Source: Fidelibacterota bacterium
Lineage (GTDB): Bacteria > Fidelibacterota > Marinisomatia > SCGC-AAA003-L08 > JACNLC01
DNA length: 64,000 nucleotides
Assembly (NCBI GenBank): GCA_018657495.1
Contig: JABHXA010000001.1
Span: 39,832-103,831 of the forward strand
Direction: 5' to 3'
Part shown: positions 29,138-37,731 of the stretch, one piece after another
How positions within the stretch are numbered: position 1 is the stretch's first letter
Layout of the letters: each line of letters opens with the position of its first letter
Translations under genes and position numbers: made by a program
Notes under the pieces: model-generated
Database searches by the model: none
Told to the model about the DNA's origin: nothing
Seen by the model: the letters and a program-made list of their open reading frames with translations, nothing else

Positions 29138-29929
29138 TTAACTTGCGGGTTTATTTTCCCAAAGTTTGGAAAACTCATGGATGAGTTCAGCATTGCCGCC
29201 GACTAATCCTGGTGTGATTAGTGGATTGGGTTGATTATACATTCGCTCAGATTTATCAGCAAGATTTAGCAACAATCCTCCCGCCTCTTTTAAAATCACA
29301 TGGCCGGCACATACATCCCATTCATTTTTGGGTCGCAATGTGGCGAAACTGTCATATTTACCCGATGCGGTTAGACCCAATTTGTATGCAACACTGCCAA
29401 TATGGGCCTGTTCGGAAAACCAGGACTCCGTTCCTTTCCATAATCCTTTTCTTGTTTCAGAACGACTGATGACAACAGAGGATTCATTAAGCTTTGTTTT
29501 ATTTGAACAGGTTACCGGGCTACCATTATATCTTGCTCCCATCCCTCGGGCAGCATCCATCATTTCCTGGGTGACTGGATTATAGAGAACACCTAAAATG
29601 GGTATTCCATTTTCAACCAGTCCAATACTCACCACAAAATTGGGAACGCCTTCGATAAATTCTTTTGTACCATCGAGGGGATCAACAATCCAGACACGGG
29701 TTCTGCTCAGTCTCTCCTGAGAGTCAGCCGTTTCCTCTGACAGCCAACCATATCCAGGGTATTCATTTCTCAAGATATCGTGAATTGATGTGTTGGCGGC
29801 AAAATCAGCATCGGTGACCGGATTGTGATAACCTTTATCAGTGATATTGTACTGACTTTTATAAAATTTCATTATTTCTGCACCTGCTTTCAGACAGGCA
29901 AACTGGGTGATTTCCAATAAATTTTTCAT
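29138..29929 (-). CDS. Inositol monophosphatase family protein (SuhB/CysQ-like)
   Basis: WLSEE metal site, WIVDPLDGTKEF motif, WDVCAG near the C-terminus. Confidence 0.85.
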   Translation of the reverse strand: MKNLLEITQFACLKAGAEIMKFYKSQYNITDKGYHNPVTDADFAANTSIHDILRNEYPGYGWLSEETADSQERLSRTRVWIVDPLDGTKEFIEGVPNFVVSIGLVENGIPILGVLYNPVTQEMMDAARGMGARYNGSPVTCSNKTKLNESSVVISRSETRKGLWKGTESWFSEQAHIGSVAYKLGLTASGKYDSFATLRPKNEWDVCAGHVILKEAGGLLLNLADKSERMYNQPNPLITPGLVGGNAELIHEFSKLWENKPAS

Positions 29930-30350
29930 GTATTAATTTAGCATAGAATTCTTTCCATGATGGGGATACTTTTTCCTGTCAGAAATAAAAAATTTACATC
30001 GATATTGATTATGCATCAAATTCGAAAAACATTTCAAATCAACAATACTATATAGTACTAGTTGTATGTTGTTAAAAAATAATGTAATTTTATTTTAGAT
30101 TTCTTAAATATTATTTTAAGCCAATCTATCATAAGTCTTATATTTTTTGGACTGTCTGGCTGGATGAAAAGACACTACCATATAGTCCTCGTCGCTAATT
30201 ATTAAAAATCCAACAAAAATCCTAAATCACCGGGGAAGATGATCATTATTTTTTGTTCTAACAGAGAATGTTATTATTTCAGTTCTATGGATATCATTTC
30301 CAGTTTTTCTCCTTCGGTAGAACCAGCGCAACAGAAAGGACTACCCGACC

Positions 30351-32861
30351 GTGACCTTCAGTAATATGTTCAGTTACGATGGTAAAACCACCCGTGTTAT
30401 TGGTAAAAAGAATATCTCTATATATCGGGATTTATATGAATATTTGACTGCTGCAATTGATAGTGAATCACTTCCATCTGAATTTAATTATTTAGGTGAT
30501 AGCGAGCTTGCCAAAAATATTTATAGAAAAAAATATTACTTAAAAGATTTAAACAATAAGCTTATTGAAACGAGACCTGAAGACGTTTTCAAGCGTGTTG
30601 CAGCATTTATGGCTGTGAATGAAGGCACGCGGGGAAAACAACGTAAATGGGCAGACCAGTTTTATACTGAATTATTTGAAGGGCGTTTTGTGCCCGGTGG
30701 CAGAGTCCTTGCCGGATCGGGTGACCTCTTCCGCCTAAAAACGCTCGCCAATTGTTTTGTTGCGAAAATCCAGGAAGATGATATCGACTCCATTTATAAG
30801 GCTGCCTACGAATGTGCCCGAACATATTCATATGGTGGAGGTATCGGTGTTGACATATCCTGCCTGAGACCACGTGATGCAATCGTTCATAATGCTGCTG
30901 ACACATCATCCGGTGCCGTATCTTTTATGGAACTGTATTCACTGACAACCGGGTTGATTGGACAAAGCGGCCGACGCGGTGCTCTGATGTTGACAATTGA
31001 CATCAAACATCCTGATATTCATCATTTTATTCGAGTGAAGAAAATACCCAACTGGGTCACCTCCCAAGTCGTAGAACAATGTAAATTTTCTGGACTATTC
31101 AGTGACAAGCAATTACGGAATATTGAAAGACAGGTCATGGAGAATACCCAGGTGAGGTTTGCCAATATTTCTATCAAAGCCAGTGACGAATTTATGCATG
31201 CAGTGGATGAACAACGCCAATTCGGTGATGATCAGTATCTGGTGTATAAAAAAATGAATAAAGATATACTTCTCACAGCTCCGCAGGATGATGGTTATCA
31301 TTATTCTATCGGAATTCCATCCAAGGATCCTGCAGATTACAAACTTTTAAAATCTTTTTCATCATTTTTAGAAATGAATAACTGGTTATTTCAGGAATAT
31401 GGTATATCTTCCCGCGAAAAAGATCTTCACAATGTGAAGTTGAGGGATGTTTATGGTGATCTTGTTTATCCATGTGATAAAAGTGATTTTGATATCACCA
31501 TCAAACAATCTGGTGATTTCCTATTGTATTTCAGCAGCCAGCCAACTGGGGAAATCAGGGAATTGGTCAAAGCCCGGGATATATGGGATCAATTCATTGA
31601 AGGCAATTATAAAACGGCTGAACCAGGGTTGATTTTCTGGTCCACAATGACTAAATATTCCCCTTCAAATTATGTTGGCAAACCTATCATCAGCACAAAT
31701 CCATGCGCTGAGGTGCCCCTTGAAGATGGCGGTGCCTGTAACCTGGGGTCATTGAATCTCTCACGATTTGTGAAAAATGGCTACGAGGCAAATGCTGAAA
31801 TTGATTGGGACCAATTAGCAGATACCACTAGAACACTCGTAAGATTCCTTGATAATGTAGTAACCTGGAATGAATCTCTCAATGCTTTGGAAAAACAGAG
31901 AAATGCCGCCTCAGAGACACGGCGTTTAGGGCTTGGTATCATGGGAGTGGCTGATATGCAGAATCAATTGGGGGTTGCTTATGATTCACAACAGGGGATA
32001 GAGATTTTAGACAAACTGATGGAATTTATTGCCAATGCATCCTATCAGGCTTCGGCAGGACTTGCAGCAGAAAAAGGGGTGGCCCCATCGTATTCTAATA
32101 AATATTTGAAATGTCCCTTTATTAAAGAAGCTTTAAGCGTTGAAACCCGTAAGCAAATCAAGGAAAATGGCGTCAGGAATATTGCCATCCTGTCTATAGC
32201 TCCCACAGGAACTATTTCAAATATTGTGCTTGGTTATAAAAGCGAAGAGAAAAACTACATTGGTGTTTCAGGGGGACTTGAACCCATCTTTGCGATGTAT
32301 TATACCCGTCGATCAGAATCATTTGGCAACCAGATATTTAAGGTTTTCCACTCAACAGTTCAAGCGTACATTGATAAAATGGATCTTCAGGAGATCGTAA
32401 ACGAATCAGAGAATATCGAAGATGTTCTGCCTGATTACTTTAGTGCAACGGCGCATAACTTGAATCCGCAACAGCGTGTAAAAATTCAGGGACATTGCCA
32501 AAAATATATCGACCATAGTATTTCTTCCACTGTAAATTTAGCTGAGGATATAGAGCCGGAAATTATTTCGGATGTATATATTCATGCCTGGAAACAAAAA
32601 CTCAAAGGGATTACTATATATCGAGATGGAAGTCGCTTCCCCATTCTCAGTACAGAAGGAAAACGAACTCGATTCCAGGAAAATAAAGACACAACATATA
32701 CAATTACATTACCCGATGGCGAAGAAACACAATGCAAAGGCGATGAAATTCTGAAACTGCCAAATGGCGATTTAAGTACCGTTTATCATTACATGTTGAA
32801 TATAGGTAAAAGCAAACATGTTAAAAATTCAACCACTCAGTTAGAGGAAGTTTCTCAGTGA
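30351..32861 (+). CDS. nrdJ: Class II (adenosylcobalamin-dependent) ribonucleotide reductase, catalytic polypeptide
   Basis: GTG start 10 nt after AAAGGA. TNPCAEVPLEDGGACNLGSLNL (thiyl-radical Cys loop), PTGTIS, GITIYRDGSR. 836 aa, lacking the usual C-terminal Cys tail. Confidence 0.9.
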   Translation: MTFSNMFSYDGKTTRVIGKKNISIYRDLYEYLTAAIDSESLPSEFNYLGDSELAKNIYRKKYYLKDLNNKLIETRPEDVFKRVAAFMAVNEGTRGKQRKWADQFYTELFEGRFVPGGRVLAGSGDLFRLKTLANCFVAKIQEDDIDSIYKAAYECARTYSYGGGIGVDISCLRPRDAIVHNAADTSSGAVSFMELYSLTTGLIGQSGRRGALMLTIDIKHPDIHHFIRVKKIPNWVTSQVVEQCKFSGLFSDKQLRNIERQVMENTQVRFANISIKASDEFMHAVDEQRQFGDDQYLVYKKMNKDILLTAPQDDGYHYSIGIPSKDPADYKLLKSFSSFLEMNNWLFQEYGISSREKDLHNVKLRDVYGDLVYPCDKSDFDITIKQSGDFLLYFSSQPTGEIRELVKARDIWDQFIEGNYKTAEPGLIFWSTMTKYSPSNYVGKPIISTNPCAEVPLEDGGACNLGSLNLSRFVKNGYEANAEIDWDQLADTTRTLVRFLDNVVTWNESLNALEKQRNAASETRRLGLGIMGVADMQNQLGVAYDSQQGIEILDKLMEFIANASYQASAGLAAEKGVAPSYSNKYLKCPFIKEALSVETRKQIKENGVRNIAILSIAPTGTISNIVLGYKSEEKNYIGVSGGLEPIFAMYYTRRSESFGNQIFKVFHSTVQAYIDKMDLQEIVNESENIEDVLPDYFSATAHNLNPQQRVKIQGHCQKYIDHSISSTVNLAEDIEPEIISDVYIHAWKQKLKGITIYRDGSRFPILSTEGKRTRFQENKDTTYTITLPDGEETQCKGDEILKLPNGDLSTVYHYMLNIGKSKHVKNSTTQLEEVSQ

Positions 32862-33553
32862 TTAAAATACCTACGACCAAAACAAAAATTGAAATTGTAA
32901 CAGACAATAAACCTGAACCAAAACAAAATCAAGACAAAGTAAAAAACAAATCTGAAAAAAAACAAAACAAGGCAAAACCCATTTTTGAATCGGGAAACTA
33001 TCGACCCGATGTTGTAAGTGCCAAAGTATATAAACTGAAAAGTGCATTTGTAAAAAATTCAGTTTTTATTACTTTAGGGTATTTCAAACATAATGATGTG
33101 ATCAGACCAATAGAAATTTTTATCAACTCAAAAGATTTAACTCGAGCCCCGGAATATGTCGTATTGACGCGGTTAATTTCAGCCATCTTTAGACGTTCAC
33201 CAAACCCCTTTTTCATACTTGAGGAATTACGAGGAATATTTGATCCCAATGGCGGGTCATTTAAAGCGGGAAAGTATTATCATTCTTTCTATGCCGAAAT
33301 TGCCGATGTAATAGAACAATTCTTTTTTGAAGTTGGTATACTGGATCAGCCTCATCTCATGCCTGCCTCTGATAACGGTGTAGTTAGTGAGAGTGTCATA
33401 AAAAATGTAACGGATGAAATTGAAAAACAACCGTTTGATGTTAACTCATTATTTAAAATTTGCCCGGAGTGTAGTTCTAGAACCTTAAAAATTGAAAATG
33501 GATGTGATATCTGCGTCGATCCCGATTGCGGTTACAGCAAATGCGATAAATGA
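32858..33553 (+). CDS. NrdJb-like protein: TSCPD-like domain + C-terminal Cys-rich zinc ribbon
   Basis: GTGA overlap with the nrdJ stop. Lys-rich N-terminus. The central region (VFITLGYF...IEIFINSKD...LTRLISAIFRR) resembles the TSCPD domain found at the end of class II RNRs. Tail CPECSSRTLKIENGCDICVDPDCGYSKC. Confidence 0.7.
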   Translation: MIKIPTTKTKIEIVTDNKPEPKQNQDKVKNKSEKKQNKAKPIFESGNYRPDVVSAKVYKLKSAFVKNSVFITLGYFKHNDVIRPIEIFINSKDLTRAPEYVVLTRLISAIFRRSPNPFFILEELRGIFDPNGGSFKAGKYYHSFYAEIADVIEQFFFEVGILDQPHLMPASDNGVVSESVIKNVTDEIEKQPFDVNSLFKICPECSSRTLKIENGCDICVDPDCGYSKCDK

Positions 33554-33836
33554 TATGTAGCTATTAGCTCTTTGCTACCAACTCTTAGTCATTTGAAGAA
33601 CGATTTCCAATCGATGTCTAAAACTTATCTCAAAACAATTTGAAAAGTTATCATCTGTAAAGTAGTTCTAATTACATTCTACCAAAATTCTTCCTATCCC
33701 GCATCGTTCAGTGCATCATTTTGTTGATTAATAAATACTGCCAGTCATAATACTTGTTTAATACTATTAAAGAATTGATGGTGGGAGTCCAAGATATTCA
33801 AGTAATTGTAAATACACCAAAAACAAGGAGAACGAA

Positions 33837-34166
33837 ATGGCCCAATATGTTATTGTTTATCTCGGTGGTGATCAGCCATCCACCCCAGAGGAAGGTAAAA
33901 AGCATATGTCTAAATATATGGATTGGTTGTCTTCATTGGGTGACTCTGCAATTAGTCCCGCAAATCCACTTAAAAATACACATACTGTAAACTCTGATGG
34001 TACAGTTTCTAGCGGTGGCACATCATCAATGTCAGGTTACACAATAATTGAAGCTGAATCCATGGAGGCGGCACTGTTAATTGCCAAGGCCTGTCCTTTT
34101 CTGGATATTGGCGGTTCGCTTGAAGTGTCAGAGTTAATACAGATGCCAGGCCAAAAACAAACATAG
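33837..34166 (+). CDS. YCII-related/DGPF-like small protein
   Basis: AAGGAG RBS. 109 aa. GYTIIEAESMEAALLIAKACPFL...GSLEVSEL resembles the C-terminal half of YCII-family proteins. Confidence 0.55.
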   Translation: MAQYVIVYLGGDQPSTPEEGKKHMSKYMDWLSSLGDSAISPANPLKNTHTVNSDGTVSSGGTSSMSGYTIIEAESMEAALLIAKACPFLDIGGSLEVSELIQMPGQKQT

Positions 34167-34302
34167 TGACCATGTTTCCTTGCCCAAAACAACAAAACCA
34201 TGATGCACAGTCAGTTAGATGATGTTCGATTAAACTGACCATTTAGACCGAGTTATGACCCTGTATTCAATTAAAATAATATTTGGGCCATTGTCAGAAA
34301 TG

Positions 34303-34325
34303 GTTCTCACTATATTTATGAGAAC
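34303..34325. repeat. Perfect inverted repeat GTTCTCA-N9-TGAGAAC upstream of the cupin gene
   Basis: GTTCTCA at 34303-34309 and TGAGAAC at 34319-34325. The 3' end is 33 nt upstream of the ATG at 34359. Confidence 0.9.
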
Positions 34326-34358
34326 AGAAAACAATATCATGAAAAGGTAAACACAATT

Positions 34359-34721
34359 ATGCCAAAACTTATTAAAACACCAACGTTGATTCAAGCAGCC
34401 GGAAATAAATCCAAGATTATTGAAGAATTTGTTGGCAATGTGAATACACAAACCCAAAACATTAGTGTTGCTAAAATGTCGGCACCGTCCGGTTGGTTAG
34501 AACCTGGGCAAAAACCAGAATTTCAAGAAATTACGATTGTCCTCAAAGGTGAATTGCATGTGCAGCATAATGACGGAATCATTATCGTAAAGAAGGATCA
34601 ATCAATAATTACCGAGGCAAATGAATGGGTTCGTTACAGCACACCCAGCCCTGAAGGGGCAGAGTATATTGCAGTATGTCTGCCGGCGTTTTCACCGTCT
34701 TCAGTCCATCGAGATGAGTAA
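34359..34721 (+). CDS. Cupin domain protein
   Basis: 120 aa with a beta-rich pattern (GWLEPGQKPEFQEITIVLKGELHV...EWVRYSTP) consistent with a small cupin barrel. Confidence 0.55.
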   Translation: MPKLIKTPTLIQAAGNKSKIIEEFVGNVNTQTQNISVAKMSAPSGWLEPGQKPEFQEITIVLKGELHVQHNDGIIIVKKDQSIITEANEWVRYSTPSPEGAEYIAVCLPAFSPSSVHRDE

Positions 34722-34746
34722 ACCACTCTAAATTATCAATTGTGAA

Positions 34747-35295
34747 ATGGAAAACAATATATCACATAATGTGATTCCCATAGTCGTTGCTATATTGATT
34801 GGAGGCGGCATCATCTCTGGTATAGCCTATTATCTTATTCGGTTTATGCGAGGGTCAATCAAGCTATCCGTTGATTCGTCAACATTCAATTCCGGTGAGA
34901 CTATTTCAGGTAGCTTTGATCTTTTCACCAAGAAACCTATCGAAGGAAATAAACTCACTGTCAGCCTGATTGGTAAAAAAGTTACCATTACTCACCGAGG
35001 GGGGAAAAGACGCACCCATACCAAGGAGATTTACCGGGATGAGATAATTCTTGAAAAAAACCGGGATTATCCAGCAAATTATTCTGAAAAAGGAAGCTTT
35101 CAGATGAATGCACCAAATATATCTTCTCCGGATTTTCTGGAGTCAGCTATTGGCCAATCTCTGACTGCAGCTGTTCGACTTCTCAGTAATCGACAAACCT
35201 ACTTAAAATGGAAAATTGAAGTTAGACTCGATGCAAAAGGTGTGGATTTAACTGCATCTAAGAAAGTGACAATTAATATATCCCCGTCAATTTAG
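34747..35295 (+). CDS. Hypothetical single-pass membrane protein (arrestin-N/Spo0M-like beta-sandwich?)
   Basis: N-terminal TM (VIPIVVAILIGGGIISGIAYYLI), then IKLSVDSSTFNSGETISGSFDLF..., reminiscent of arrestin-like/Spo0M N-domains. Confidence 0.45.
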   Translation: MENNISHNVIPIVVAILIGGGIISGIAYYLIRFMRGSIKLSVDSSTFNSGETISGSFDLFTKKPIEGNKLTVSLIGKKVTITHRGGKRRTHTKEIYRDEIILEKNRDYPANYSEKGSFQMNAPNISSPDFLESAIGQSLTAAVRLLSNRQTYLKWKIEVRLDAKGVDLTASKKVTINISPSI

Positions 35296-35302
35296 TAAAT
35301 TT

Positions 35303-36979
35303 TTAATATTCCTTTGTCATCAATGCATGTCTTCCCCATTTCAAAGGGAAGTATATGAAAAATATATTTAATATAATAACTGCCACAAATATTATCAGGA
35401 TGTATTGTGCCATCCCGGAAAAATCCTTCAAGTATATTATACCCACGAGGGCGGCCACCATAATCGCCACGTAAAAGAGGCTGATTACAATGGTGATGAT
35501 TCCACCGGTGCCTGAACTGATTTTCATTGGATTCGACTCCGAGAACTGGGCATAAACCGCTCCAAATCCAAGTGATAAACTAATAAGTGATATGCTCATC
35601 ATGAGGAGGAATCCAGTAGAAATCAAACTTACCACCAGATTTTGCTGCAGGTAATAATTACTGGCAAGGGCTACTACCTCTGCCAGTGTGAAAAAAATTA
35701 TAAATGACATCCAGAATTTTTCTCTAAATAATCTATTGATAGAAAATGGGGCTGTCCTTACAATCCAGATTGCTTTTCCCTCCATGCTCACCAGAGGAAA
35801 TACAAACCGGGCTGTGAGTGCTGCCAGAATGTATCCATTAAATCCAAAATTGAATATAAAAACCATTGTTCTCCAAAATGGCATCATCGCATCCACCCTT
35901 ATATCTATCCATGCCAAATTAATGAGATAGATGCCAATGAAGAATCCAAAGAGTAAAAATTGCACCCATTGCTGTGGTGATCGAATAAACTGCAGGGTAT
36001 CTTTCATGACAATACCTCTGGTAGGTGACGGTAGCCAGGTAAAGCGTTCGACATAATCTTGCGAAGTACTTGATGTTCTCGCTGAGCTTTTGCCGATATT
36101 TCCTTCCATAATCTGGAATGTCCTGTAATAAATATGCTTTGCCAAAACGCCGGTACCGATCCATAGAACTTGCGCTGTTAATATCAGCAGAGCCCAATAA
36201 AACAGCAATTCCTGCGGTTCTGATTTTGAATATGATGTGACAAGTTTGGTAAACCAGTGACTGGGCATAAATGGAAAGGGCTGTTGAGATAAATTAAGCA
36301 GATAGCGATCAATTGCTCGAAAGCTGGCCATATTGCCAAGGACAGGAAGATCCTGTCTGCTCAATGCAAAATATAAGCGCAAGATTAAAAATCCTGATAA
36401 ACCGACAAAGGCAAAAACCGATCGCATTCTGATCCATTGCGACAGCCAAACAATTATAAGAAGAGTTGCCAAACCAATTGCGGTTGCAATTACTAGAAAT
36501 GGTGGAAGACCGAAGAGCAGAACCAATGACATTTCAAAAAGTGAGAGGTTTTTTATGGCACTGTATGACAAAGTAAGTGGAAATCCAAGTATCAGCAGTG
36601 CCCATGAACTATATAAGAGATTTTCACCAAATTTTAACCTGAATGTCTCCAAAAATGAAACTGGCATGGTCATCAAAAAAGAGACTTCTGATGAACGGTA
36701 AAGTGTGGAAAATGCCGTGATAATATTTGACAGAATTAATAGAGTAAAAATGATACTCCAACCAATATAAAACATCCTGTCCAGAAACAAAACGCCAATT
36801 TCACCTTGAGCCTCCAGAAATCTAGCCCCTTTTAAAAACATAAAATAGCTGCCAACTGATATTGTTGAGATGATGAATAGAGATACGGAGAATTCAAGCC
36901 TTTTGGAATTGATTCTAGTGAGAATCTGGGAGAAGTAGGACTTTATCCGAATGGTTAATATGTTAAATAATCGAGACAT
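35303..36979 (-). CDS. Large polytopic membrane protein, putative ABC exporter permease
   Basis: 558 aa with >=12 hydrophobic segments. Lies 14 nt downstream of an ABC ATPase gene. Confidence 0.65.
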   Translation of the reverse strand: MSRLFNILTIRIKSYFSQILTRINSKRLEFSVSLFIISTISVGSYFMFLKGARFLEAQGEIGVLFLDRMFYIGWSIIFTLLILSNIITAFSTLYRSSEVSFLMTMPVSFLETFRLKFGENLLYSSWALLILGFPLTLSYSAIKNLSLFEMSLVLLFGLPPFLVIATAIGLATLLIIVWLSQWIRMRSVFAFVGLSGFLILRLYFALSRQDLPVLGNMASFRAIDRYLLNLSQQPFPFMPSHWFTKLVTSYSKSEPQELLFYWALLILTAQVLWIGTGVLAKHIYYRTFQIMEGNIGKSSARTSSTSQDYVERFTWLPSPTRGIVMKDTLQFIRSPQQWVQFLLFGFFIGIYLINLAWIDIRVDAMMPFWRTMVFIFNFGFNGYILAALTARFVFPLVSMEGKAIWIVRTAPFSINRLFREKFWMSFIIFFTLAEVVALASNYYLQQNLVVSLISTGFLLMMSISLISLSLGFGAVYAQFSESNPMKISSGTGGIITIVISLFYVAIMVAALVGIIYLKDFSGMAQYILIIFVAVIILNIFFIYFPLKWGRHALMTKEY

Positions 36980-36993
36980 AAAAAATCAGTGAT

Positions 36994-37731
36994 TTATACT
37001 TGGGATTCAGTCTGATTCTGGACTAATTCCAGAAAAATATCCTCCAGATTTCCTTCTTTTTTTATCTCGCTTTTGAATGTTTCTAGATTGCCCATAGCCA
37101 GCAGTCCGCCATTATTAATAATGCCGATTCTATCTGACAATTCTTCGGCGACATTCAAATTATGAGTGGATAAAAAGACGGTAACACCTGCATCTGCTTT
37201 CTCTCTCAGCATTGTTTTTATGATTCTGGCACTCCCCGGATCCAGACCAACCATCGGTTCATCAATAATAAGAATTTCAGGATCATGGAGAAATGCAGCT
37301 CCAAATGCCATACGCTGTCTCATTCCTTGTGAATAGCCCTCTATCCGATCATTTAACCATGATTCAAATCCCAGGCGCTGTGCATAATGGCGGATGCTTT
37401 TGGTTATTTCTTTTGGTGCCATATTAAAAAAATTACCGATAACATGGAAAAATTCCAAACCGGTTAATTTCCCGTATAGATATGCCTGGTCAGGAACGTA
37501 TCCAATGATACGCTTTGCAGAAATTGGATCCCTGGCGATATCCTTCCCTTTGATAAGAATTTTCCCTGAATCTGGAGACATCAGTCCCACCATCATACTT
37601 ATGGTTGTTGTTTTGCCAGCACCATTTGGCCCCAGAAAACTGAATAGTTCACCCTTCTTAATGTGAAATGATACATTGTCAACTGCCTTTAACTCTCCAA
37701 ATGACTTGCATAAATTTTCGATTTGTATCAT
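36994..37731 (-). CDS. ABC transporter ATP-binding protein
   Basis: Walker A GPNGAGKTT, signature YSQGMRQR, Walker B ILIIDEPMVGLD, H-loop STHNL. Confidence 0.9.
   Translation of the reverse strand: MIQIENLCKSFGELKAVDNVSFHIKKGELFSFLGPNGAGKTTTISMMVGLMSPDSGKILIKGKDIARDPISAKRIIGYVPDQAYLYGKLTGLEFFHVIGNFFNMAPKEITKSIRHYAQRLGFESWLNDRIEGYSQGMRQRMAFGAAFLHDPEILIIDEPMVGLDPGSARIIKTMLREKADAGVTVFLSTHNLNVAEELSDRIGIINNGGLLAMGNLETFKSEIKKEGNLEDIFLELVQNQTESQV

Noticed and set aside
29930-30350. NrdR boxes or a cobalamin riboswitch upstream of nrdJ
   Set aside because: The palindromes have a C...G core of 8 nt (CTATATAG), whereas the NrdR consensus acaCwAtATaTwGtgt has 10 nt. They are ~125 nt apart rather than in the usual close tandem. 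I found no B12-box-like GCCACTG/AGYCMGG element or GC-rich riboswitch helices in this AT-rich leader.
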